A stretch of DNA of 17,719 nucleotides from an uncultured archaeon. Its GTDB lineage: Archaea; Asgardarchaeota; Thorarchaeia; Thorarchaeales; Thorarchaeaceae. Below the pieces are notes generated by a model. The model was not told the DNA's origin. It made no database searches and worked only from the letters and a program-made list of their open reading frames with translations. This document shows positions 8,401 to 15,743 of the stretch, piece by piece. Made by a program: the position numbers and the translations under genes. The stretch covers positions 1 through 17,719 of the forward strand of contig CAZSWP010000059.1 in NCBI GenBank assembly GCA_964610875.1, written 5' to 3'. Positions within the stretch are counted from its first letter, which is position 1; each line of letters starts with the position of its first letter.

Positions 8401-11400
8401 ACATTTCGCAGTTGAATCAATATCGAATGAAGCACTTAATGAACCACTTTCATAAGGCGTCATTTCATTACCAACAGCATTTGCTACGATGTGCTCAGAA
8501 CCATCAATCTCCGCGATGTTCTCTATCACCATATACGAGTATGGAATGTTATGAGAATACCCTGAAGAAATGCTTTCGAGGTGCAAGAACCCTTGATGAA
8601 TTCCATTCTCTGCGTTATTTGGCAAATCTAAGGTTACGTTGATTTTCCCAGCAGAACCAGGGGCTACCAGAATATTGGTATCTAACACTTTCTCCCACAA
8701 TGTCACTGTGATATGAATCGGATTGCCATTACCTAAGGATGCTGAACTATCCGCAACAACTAATGTGGGTGTATAATCAAAGACATTGCTCAAACCGCTA
8801 GGATGTGCAACTCTAATCCATTTGTTGTTACAATGATTATAGTCCCATCCAAGTAACTGCAATAGATCTCCATCTGAATAGGTGGTGTTGTAATAGTTCA
8901 TTGTATCATCATCAATGGTGTCATCCCAATCAAACAGTCTTGCGCTACTAATAAAGTCCATATTTGCCTCATCAAAGTGTACATTTATTGTTGCATAAGG
9001 TGCATTCAACATGTTTTGTATAGCTGTATATCCCAGCTCTTCTGTAAGATTGTAGTATCCGTATCTCTCGACACTATCACCAAATGCTAGGTCTTCATAA
9101 AGGAATGTTGTTGTATTGAATGTATACTGATGGCTCCTACGATAATACCATCCTTCAACGTTATCGAAATTAGTGATATTCCTAATCAAACCATCATAAG
9201 AGAATGTAGATAAGAAGACTTCTGAACTAGAACCTGGGTATACACTACCAAAGTAGATGCTGCTCGTTCCTTGACCAACCGGTTTAGTTCCATCTGAATA
9301 CACCCCAAATGGGTCACAATCTATCATCCAATAATCCCATGCTTGATACATGTCACTCATATAGTTTTCAAAACTATCTTCAGTATGAATGAAATACTGA
9401 TTGCTCTGATTAGATTCAATGAACAAAACGGCACTTTCGACGTCAATTAAGCCATGTCCTTGAGCAAATGCATCCAATCCCATATCTGTCGCAGATGAAA
9501 TTAGAATTTCTTTTAGTGTAACAGGGTTGTATATCCATCCACCCCAATTGGTTTCTATTGCATCCAGGATTAGTGCTGCTGCACCTGCTGCAATTGGGCA
9601 AGCTAGACTTGTTCCTTGCCACCACAGGTAGCTCTCGCCCACACCTGTCCATACATTATGGAACGAATCTGGATTTGCTCCTCTAAATCCTGGTGCCATG
9701 ATATCTGGTTTTGATATTCCTGTATATGATGGACCATTGGATGAAAAGCTAATTTGTTGTCCAATCTCTTGGAATGGTCCAAACGCATGTTCATAATAGT
9801 GTGGAGTCATGGCTGCGCCAACTGCCACAACTGACGCTGCATCACCGGGAGCTCCTCCCGTCATATAATCAGCTCCACTGTTACCCTCAGCGAATAGAAA
9901 CAACGTTCCAGGATAGAATGGATCTACGACGCCTGGTGCAGACATCAAATCCCAGAATAATGTAAGATAGGTTAAGTCCAAGTATCCACCATTGACGTAG
10001 CCCCATGAATTTGAAATTATGTCTGCTTTGTGTCTCTGTCCCTCACTCGTATACTCCCAATACGATGAAGTGGCATTATAGTGGAATCCCGCAGCCCAGA
10101 ATTGAGAACCGATATTGGCACCAGAAGTGAGCCCCTTTGATACAATTAGTTTTGAACCATTAGCCACTCCGGGAAGTTTGTAGAGTGTTCCATTCTCGTA
10201 TACATTATGGTCAACTTCTCCTCGAGAAGCGATTGCGGCTGAACACCAATGACCATGATTTGTATCTGATGGGAACATCAGTGAGAATGCTCTCCCGTTA
10301 CTTGAAACACCACAATAGAGGTAATCGGTCACATCAGTTGCATAGGCTTGACTGTCGTATGACCAACTGAAGGAACCTAGTCCAATATCATCAATGCCAT
10401 TATCATCGAGGTCTGCGGCAAATATTGGATTACCTGTTACGGTATATTCGTGCCCTTCATTGATATCATCAACAAAACTCCAATCCATCAAATCTGTATA
10501 GTAATATTGAATAGTTGAATTATTGATATCTTCTGTTTCGTAATGTATCACATTGTTCCACATTTTGGTCCAGGCTTTTGTGCCATTCCAATCAATTACT
10601 ACCTCTGTTCCGTTTACAATAATTGATGGAGCGAATATCTTCGCATACTCCTCCATTCTTTGTTGAAACACCCAACCAACTCTATAGTCCTGTGTAGTGA
10701 CTGAAGGTAGTTCCCAATCTTTCCACATCTGGTCATAGACAAATTCACTGATGTTTTCTATACCATATGCATTTGCATAAGCATCGATGAAGAAAGATAA
10801 TAGATTACTTTCAGTTGCTTGATTATTGCAAATAGGGTCCCAACTTGTAACATTCAGGTAGACTTTTCCTCCTGACTCATAGGTCAAGAGATTTCCGTCA
10901 TCAAGCCATGTCTGCACATCCGCAACAGCTGTAGCATTAGCTATAACCATCTTCGTGATCCCATAAGATGTTGGATCAAAGGATGTCGGATATCCAAGTC
11001 CATCGATATACATTGCATCCTGTAAGTCTGGCTGACTAAAATCAACTCCTGTGTCATCAACACCAACAACAACACCTGAACCATCATAACCCATTTGATG
11101 TACCGCTGTTACTCCAAGTTCATCATTTATTTTGAACATGTCTAGTCCCGAGTCTAATGGTGGATTTGAATTATCTAATGATTTCGAAAGATAAACATCT
11201 GCTGATAGCTTTATGACATTGTCATTAGCAACTAGAAAATCAAGATCCTTGGATGAATCGAATGATGCCAGTACCATCTGGATTGGTCCCAATTCTGCAG
11301 CCCATTGAATCTCATTGAACCCTTCAATATCAAATGGATTAGCATCTCGTTTCAAAAGGGCGATTATACTGATAGAACCATCCCTTCTTTTCACAACATC

Positions 11401-13242
11401 TTGTGATAATTCCTTGAAATTCAGAAAATCATTGAGATAAGAGTCTAGTTTCTCATCTGCTGACATACCATCTACGATTGTGGTCCATTTTGCTTCTACA
11501 TCTGTGATTGGTTCATCAGGTTCGCTTTCGGGTGATATTGCTGCTGGAACACTCGGAGGAGTTCCCGTACCTTCTGCTTCTGATGGCAGTTTGAAATAGT
11601 ATGGATTTCTAGTTAGTTCGATATAATTTCCTGGAGAGTGGTCTGAAACATAAAATGGTCCGGATGAAACCACTTCGGTATAATCTGGATTGTAGGACGT
11701 AGGATCTTGAAGACTCCATATGTGTTTTGGAAGAATTGGAATCTCAGCAATATGACTGAAATGCCAATATGATTCACTTTTGAATTCAACAATGAAGCGG
11801 TAATCTGTCAGGGAATATGCAGCATACAAATCTGAAGTATATGGTGTGGCTTGAGTTAATCCATGTTCATTGAGATAGTTGAACGTAAAAGCAACATCTC
11901 TCGCACTTAGTGGTCTTCCATCTGTCCATGTTGCATTTTTCACTAAATCAATTGTTATTCTTGTATGCCCAGATGGTACTAGTGCATTATCAGCATGAGT
12001 TTCAATGAGATATGAATCTGCAAGCCAGTTCATGAGATTTCCATCTGGATCTCTTCTAAATAGTGAGTCATATAGTTCATCTAGCACATGTTCTGTATAT
12101 AGACTATTAGTTACTAGAGGATTGAATGTGTCTATATCAAGAGCAAGTGATCTTCTGAGAGTTCCACCAATTGGTCCTCCTGATATGAGACTCACCTTTT
12201 GATTGGTCCACCATCCTTTTACGCCATTTACTACATCGTTTGTGAAACCCTCAAATGTGTCCGTTCGATAGGCGTTGATATATTCATTTTCGTAACAAAT
12301 TACCATTGGACAATCATATATCCATATCTTCTGCATCTCAATTGCAGCATCATAGACATCACTATAACTTGTAGAGTACAACAATTGGTCGCGCCAAGAA
12401 TCATATGTTGCATTTTGCCAATTGGGGAAGTTATAATATGGCTCATCTGCATATTCAGACCAATATTCGTATGCCATCCAATCTACGTCGAAATTGCCAA
12501 ATGAGCTTCCAAGAAATGCCATATCATAGTCTTCATGGAAATACAGTCTATTTAGATATTCGTAGAAATCAGTAGGTACAGCTGTTGCAGAGATATTCAA
12601 AGCAGTAAGAGCTTCTTCAGCCTTCATAGCAACTTCAATTGCTATGCTTGATGACTGGGCCGCTTCAATTACAACATCGAATTCAGTACCATCTGGAGCT
12701 TCTCTAATATTATCTGAATCAACATCACCAAATCCTGCTGCATCAAGAAGTTGGTTTGCTATAGCAATATTTGCATCATAGTATGAGTAAGATAGCTGGC
12801 TTTCAACTGAGAACGGGTTGATTTTTGGTATCAGACTATCACATGGCTCTGAAAAACTATCCCAAATATCCGTTGAAATAGCGTTCTTATCTAATGCAAA
12901 AGAAAATGCTCTTCGAAATGAGGTTATGTTGAAAGGGTATTTTGCCGTGTTTATAGTTATGTATCCATAACCATTTCGTAATGTATTCTCGAGTTCAATA
13001 TTAGATGTCTGATTAAGTTGGTCATAAAACGACGGGTCCACATAATCTCCAATCAAGTCGATATTATTATCCTGTAAAGCTAAGACCTGCTCATCAACTG
13101 GTGTAATGATATCGTAGTATATCTTGTCTACAAATGGTCCTGTCCCACCAGACGTTTCGTATGACTCTGCTGAAGCAGTGAATGTTCCAAGGCACAGAAT
13201 GATTATAGTAGATATAACAATGAATTTCAGATAGTTAGACAT
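5482..13242 (-). CDS. 2586-aa membrane-anchored surface protein: family-5 ABC peptide-binding domain fused to a pyrolysin-like S8 serine protease, with Ig-like stalk and C-terminal TM helix
   Basis: Signal peptide (aa 1-~25). SBP_bac_5 motifs aa ~33-552: PFNITSFRRAFSFALDK, ANQLLDAAG, GGTLRRSL, TWTDGRPLSARDVAFTF, SGPF, RNPYYF. Pro/acidic linker, then prodomain-like aa ~585-701. Subtilase motifs: DDTG (D730), HGHWC (H996), SNSWG, EGNSG (N1121), FSSNGP, KPDIMAPG, GTSLACP (S1212), QGHGLID. Then beta-sandwich domains, a Thr/Ser linker and TM VVISLVITIGSIVIIIYFIV. GAGGGA lies upstream of the ATG. Confidence 0.95.
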   Translation of the reverse strand: MSNYLKFIVISTIIILCLGTFTASAESYETSGGTGPFVDKIYYDIITPVDEQVLALQDNNIDLIGDYVDPSFYDQLNQTSNIELENTLRNGYGYITINTAKYPFNITSFRRAFSFALDKNAISTDIWDSFSEPCDSLIPKINPFSVESQLSYSYYDANIAIANQLLDAAGFGDVDSDNIREAPDGTEFDVVIEAAQSSSIAIEVAMKAEEALTALNISATAVPTDFYEYLNRLYFHEDYDMAFLGSSFGNFDVDWMAYEYWSEYADEPYYNFPNWQNATYDSWRDQLLYSTSYSDVYDAAIEMQKIWIYDCPMVICYENEYINAYRTDTFEGFTNDVVNGVKGWWTNQKVSLISGGPIGGTLRRSLALDIDTFNPLVTNSLYTEHVLDELYDSLFRRDPDGNLMNWLADSYLIETHADNALVPSGHTRITIDLVKNATWTDGRPLSARDVAFTFNYLNEHGLTQATPYTSDLYAAYSLTDYRFIVEFKSESYWHFSHIAEIPILPKHIWSLQDPTSYNPDYTEVVSSGPFYVSDHSPGNYIELTRNPYYFKLPSEAEGTGTPPSVPAAISPESEPDEPITDVEAKWTTIVDGMSADEKLDSYLNDFLNFKELSQDVVKRRDGSISIIALLKRDANPFDIEGFNEIQWAAELGPIQMVLASFDSSKDLDFLVANDNVIKLSADVYLSKSLDNSNPPLDSGLDMFKINDELGVTAVHQMGYDGSGVVVGVDDTGVDFSQPDLQDAMYIDGLGYPTSFDPTSYGITKMVIANATAVADVQTWLDDGNLLTYESGGKVYLNVTSWDPICNNQATESNLLSFFIDAYANAYGIENISEFVYDQMWKDWELPSVTTQDYRVGWVFQQRMEEYAKIFAPSIIVNGTEVVIDWNGTKAWTKMWNNVIHYETEDINNSTIQYYYTDLMDWSFVDDINEGHEYTVTGNPIFAADLDDNGIDDIGLGSFSWSYDSQAYATDVTDYLYCGVSSNGRAFSLMFPSDTNHGHWCSAAIASRGEVDHNVYENGTLYKLPGVANGSKLIVSKGLTSGANIGSQFWAAGFHYNATSSYWEYTSEGQRHKADIISNSWGYVNGGYLDLTYLTLFWDLMSAPGVVDPFYPGTLFLFAEGNSGADYMTGGAPGDAASVVAVGAAMTPHYYEHAFGPFQEIGQQISFSSNGPSYTGISKPDIMAPGFRGANPDSFHNVWTGVGESYLWWQGTSLACPIAAGAAALILDAIETNWGGWIYNPVTLKEILISSATDMGLDAFAQGHGLIDVESAVLFIESNQSNQYFIHTEDSFENYMSDMYQAWDYWMIDCDPFGVYSDGTKPVGQGTSSIYFGSVYPGSSSEVFLSTFSYDGLIRNITNFDNVEGWYYRRSHQYTFNTTTFLYEDLAFGDSVERYGYYNLTEELGYTAIQNMLNAPYATINVHFDEANMDFISSARLFDWDDTIDDDTMNYYNTTYSDGDLLQLLGWDYNHCNNKWIRVAHPSGLSNVFDYTPTLVVADSSASLGNGNPIHITVTLWEKVLDTNILVAPGSAGKINVTLDLPNNAENGIHQGFLHLESISSGYSHNIPYSYMVIENIAEIDGSEHIVANAVGNEMTPYESGSLSASFDIDSTAKCDWGGARTFKVNISNPSAQYLIMDVEWQNEGTVIDVYLRSPTYNLLVSSEDNWDSGYHPEPTGSTKNVIIYDGGGSIEGTYYVEIAVHKFNGSVAFENVSVSLSCYDTLPTGSVSPEWTSNDSPTPQPVTDNDLLTGDHIVFENTWSITQPPSLPEYDITSSSIHFVTGIYEVRTGTYVDPQGYDQWPIPLSETSIYVWEGIKGIRAYDSVRVTLHANGLDPSFEVYEWWDSNLDDIVTLDEIGVSAFISVDDGDADVDEYGQFTADHNMDIAIVVFNWAWAYQSGVDYSLEVDTRSTLKIENTEKNLSYDTYYLGNNGTRDVHLYGYTDTNVEFYVEINNVTFNNYFVPDISLSSPNGGEVWTGTNSINWTASSGNPSDYDPIYDILISNDGGATYELLASNVSTSPYSWDCDPWQYMTNYSIIIRVTDRNMVNQDESDTTFTAGSAATPLVTPFIFGGGDQTFNLGEIGRELKWCISDLHPGTINLYIDDVLDSTWVWLDVVNVTTISLDSLTQGEYNYTIQAIDSDGLVTIQTSIVTVLGDAPIIDHPDDITYEFGNATVYLTWTPLESSPSVYEVYRDSTFVEGGVWDGSSITINVGGLTEGTYEFMCFVNNTDGKSVTDNVTVYVIPDTTAPDIDSPEDVTYSEGSSGNSIIWTPEDFNPSLYTVYLDGSTYVNGLWNSSSESISVDIDGLALGDYNFTLVVEDTYGNTASDIVWVTVVDGTPPAIEGPADYSYNEGTTGHVLKWNFSDSHPNTFTLYRNGSIIQSGTWTGTSSSLEASIDFLQIGRYNFTLVVTDDYDNVASDSVWVDVNDVTNPEVDSPEDITYTEGETGNEIVWTPTDAHPGDYTVTRNGTIVQMGNWASGVGITVDVDDLLPGVYVFNITVRDSSGNIASDHVLVTVEEAGTTSQTSTTDTTSDTSTVDPGEMDTMTVVISLVITIGSIVIIIYFIVKIYRSSQASDWESMMGS
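5680..7041 (-). repeat. Five tandem ~91-aa Ig-like/beta-sandwich protein repeats (stalk)
   Basis: Recurring consensus P-x-I-D-x-P-x-D-x-T-Y-x-E-G...W...D-x-x-P...G-x-W...L-x-x-G-x-Y-N-F-T-L-x-V-x-D-x-x-G-N-x-A-S-D-x-V-x-V-x-V. Units start at PFIF, APII, APDI, PPAI and NPEV. Confidence 0.9.
12534..12580. repeat. 47-bp exact direct repeat, copy 2 (copy 1 at 4508..4554)
   Basis: Identical to 4508..4554. Confidence 0.95.
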
Positions 13243-13445
13243 GGAATGTCCCTCTGCCTAAGCGAACACGTGAAATTAATCCTGTTTTTTTGATAAGGAC
13301 TACGACCTATAATTGTAAGATACCCTTATTAATCTTCAAGTTCTCAACCGGGGAAATTATGATTTTACAGATGAGAATTGACCTTGATATTCTTCGATTC
13401 CTTCTATGAGACCGATACTATCACATTACAAGAATCAGCAGGCTT

Positions 13446-13470
13446 ATATGGTTTCCATAACAAACCATAT
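13446..13470. promoter_or_regulatory. Candidate operator: perfect 9-bp inverted repeat in the divergent intergenic region
   Basis: ATATGGTTT-ccataac-AAACCATAT, 45 nt upstream of the ATG at 13516 and overlapping TATA-like CTTATAT (13443..13449). Confidence 0.45.
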
Positions 13471-13515
13471 GTTGGTTATAGTTTACATAACACATTTAAT
13501 GGTGTGTGACAAATA

Positions 13516-14739
13516 ATGGTTGATAAATCAAAAGTTTTCTTCGGCTCTGTTTTTGCAGGAAAACCTGACAGGTTCGCAAATTTGAGCGTTAAATTAGATA
13601 AAATTCTGGAGCATCTAGACCTTAGCACGATTGAAAAGAAAGACAAAGTTGCAATTAAAATGCATCTTGGATTCAACGACGGTTATCAAACAGTTCCGGT
13701 ATTCTTTGTGCGTCGCATTGCTGACGCGGTAAAGAAAGCTGGAGGGTACCCTTTTGTGACAGATAATCCAACAGCGGTCTATAATGCAGTCTATCGTGGT
13801 TATACTTCTGAAACTTGTGGCTGTCCCATCATACCTATTGCTGGAGTTAAGGATGGTTACACAACCGACCAAGAAGTGGGTTACAAAGGTGTGGAAAAAA
13901 TAGCGGCTGCTGGTGCTCTGCTTGATGCTGATGTACTCATTAATCTTACACATTCTAAGGGTCATGGCTCCTGTGGCTATGGTGGCGCTTTCAAGAATAT
14001 TGCATTAGGGGGGTATAGTGGTCCATCACGATGGTACAAGATTCATGGTGTAGTGAATTATGACAAATACTTTGACGAAGAAAAGATGACAAAAGAGCAC
14101 ATGATGAAAATTCGTGAGACATGCCCGCGAGATGCCGCTGAATGGAACGATGAAAAGAACAGCGGCAGAATATTGTTCTATGCCTGTGATCAATGTCATG
14201 GGATTGAAAACAAACCCTGTATAGAAGCAGATGGTGGATTGACAAGTCTCTCAATAAATGAGGATAACTTTTACTCATTCCAGGAACTCATGGCATTTGC
14301 GGCCAAGAATATTCTCGATAGCTTCGACAAGAAGAAATTGTTCCATCTCAATTTTCTGATGGATATCACGCCATTCTGTGACTGTATGGGTATGGGAATG
14401 CCTCCTGTGATTGATGATATTGGAATAGCAGGGAGTAGAGATATTGTTGCAGCTGATGTTGCATCATTAGACCTCATAGCAGAAACCGGACTAAATGAAC
14501 AATTGGTGAAAAAGATTCCAGAAGTCTATATGCGAGTAAATCCCAATCTCTCATCAGACTTGCATCCTTTCCAACTTCTTCATGGTCCATACAAGAATCC
14601 ATACAAAGTTGCAGAGTATGGAGTACAATTAGGTCTGGGTAGTATGGAGTATGAGCTAGTTGAAATCCTATCAGCTGAAGAAACAGCTAAAATGGATGCA
14701 CCAGAGCATGTTTATGAAGGTGGAGCAACTTTCTTCTAG
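13516..14739 (+). CDS. DUF362-family uncharacterised Fe-S centre protein with ferredoxin-like insert
   Basis: Family-typical motifs VAIKMHLG, HSKGHGSCGYGGAFKNIALG, DITPFCDC and DIGIAGSRDIVAADVASLDL. Internal TCP...CDQC-x7-C segment. Confidence 0.85.
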   Translation: MVDKSKVFFGSVFAGKPDRFANLSVKLDKILEHLDLSTIEKKDKVAIKMHLGFNDGYQTVPVFFVRRIADAVKKAGGYPFVTDNPTAVYNAVYRGYTSETCGCPIIPIAGVKDGYTTDQEVGYKGVEKIAAAGALLDADVLINLTHSKGHGSCGYGGAFKNIALGGYSGPSRWYKIHGVVNYDKYFDEEKMTKEHMMKIRETCPRDAAEWNDEKNSGRILFYACDQCHGIENKPCIEADGGLTSLSINEDNFYSFQELMAFAAKNILDSFDKKKLFHLNFLMDITPFCDCMGMGMPPVIDDIGIAGSRDIVAADVASLDLIAETGLNEQLVKKIPEVYMRVNPNLSSDLHPFQLLHGPYKNPYKVAEYGVQLGLGSMEYELVEILSAEETAKMDAPEHVYEGGATFF

Positions 14740-14751
14740 AAATAGTGTGAT

Positions 14752-14807
14752 TGAATTGAATGCACCGGAAAGTCCTGTCCTCTTCAATTCATTTTCTTTT
14801 TGTTTTT
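14752..14807 (+). terminator. Probable terminator of the DUF362 gene: inverted repeat followed by oligo-T tract
   Basis: TGAATTGAA (14752..14760) / TTCAATTCA (14783..14791), immediately followed by TTTTCTTTTTGTTTTT. It begins 12 nt after the stop codon. Confidence 0.6.
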
Positions 14808-14808
14808 C

Positions 14809-14852
14809 AACAAGACGAGAATATTGAACTATATTGTTTTTCACGTCTTGTT
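14809..14852. terminator. Second inverted repeat between the convergent genes
   Basis: AACAAGACG (14809..14817) / CGTCTTGTT (14844..14852), extendable inward with mismatches. It lies 4 nt past the stop of the PRC-barrel gene. Confidence 0.4.
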
Positions 14853-14856
14853 TCTT

Positions 14857-15627
14857 TTACATCCAATATCCGGAACGACTATAGTATTCGTAAAGTATCG
14901 ATTCATCCTCCCGAGTTATTTCACTTTTGTATATGAATTCGGGAGCATTTTCCACTTTTTCTTTAGATACATCTACAGTGATCTTCTGTTCTATCCATTT
15001 CATAGATTCTATCCAATCCACTGGGATTAGTCGGTGTTCTTTATCAAACCAGTCGCTGACATCTATAATGAGATAACGTATCTTCCAATCCATTGCATTG
15101 AAAAGAATATCTTCAACGTTACCAAATTCTTCGGTATTAGATACCACACTGTAATCAAGTATCTCTTTGGAACTTCTTAGATGTATTGTCTTCTCTGGGT
15201 GTTCTTCTTTTCCCTTTGACTTCTTGACTAATTTGTAGCGTGTTGCTCCTGATTCAATCATTGATACTGGTATTATCGGAGTTGGTGCAAGGGGCATTAG
15301 CCCTGGTCTGAATGGTGTCCAGCCATAATATTGGTGAAGTTGAAGTAGTCGCTTCTCTGATACAGGTTCACTCAAATTAATTGTTGGGCTTTGCTCTACT
15401 TTCTTTTTGGTTACATTTGCTTCAATTTGTTCATTGTCCCAGTCAGGTATCTTCAAGCACTGTGTTGACAAAAGAATATGCCTTTCTCTCAGCCAATCCC
15501 CAACATCAATTATAAGATAGTCTATGTCCCATGATCTATCATCGAAAAGGACCGATGATACGTTGCCAATTGTTTCATTATCAATGGTTACTTCTAAATC
15601 ATATAGTCTTTCTAATTCATTAAGCAT
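14857..15627 (-). CDS. Tandem (two-domain) PRC-barrel protein, ~256 aa
   Basis: Two homologous halves: IGNVSSVLFDDRSWDIDYLIIDVGDWL...SPTI...LHQYYG and FGNVEDILFNAMDWKIRYLIIDVSDWF...APEF...LYEYYS. Start moved from 15708 to the ATG at 15627 (MLNELERL), because it aligns with the second half (HLRSSKEI) and has a TATA box at -32..-25. Confidence 0.85.
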   Translation of the reverse strand: MLNELERLYDLEVTIDNETIGNVSSVLFDDRSWDIDYLIIDVGDWLRERHILLSTQCLKIPDWDNEQIEANVTKKKVEQSPTINLSEPVSEKRLLQLHQYYGWTPFRPGLMPLAPTPIIPVSMIESGATRYKLVKKSKGKEEHPEKTIHLRSSKEILDYSVVSNTEEFGNVEDILFNAMDWKIRYLIIDVSDWFDKEHRLIPVDWIESMKWIEQKITVDVSKEKVENAPEFIYKSEITREDESILYEYYSRSGYWM

Positions 15628-15651
15628 TCTTTCTTCTCTCGGTTCTTCACT

Positions 15652-15659
15652 ATATTTAA
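15652..15659 (-). promoter_or_regulatory. TATA box for a probably leaderless PRC-barrel transcript
   Basis: TTAAATAT(A) on the minus strand, 25-32 nt upstream of ATG 15627. This is the usual spacing for leaderless archaeal mRNAs. Confidence 0.5.
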
Positions 15660-15743
15660 GCAAAGCGCCTCTTATAATTCCTGGGGAATCGCCAAAGGAA
15701 CATTTCAAGCTCTTTTTTGAATGGCGATTGAATCTTATGTGAA

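Noticed and set aside
5540-12504. Short ORFs nested within the 2586-aa gene
   Set aside because: Shadow ORFs with no recognisable protein features.
15628-15708. 27-codon N-terminal extension of the PRC-barrel ORF
   Set aside because: It does not align with the internal repeat, and it contains the TATA box and part of an inverted repeat, so it is more likely intergenic.
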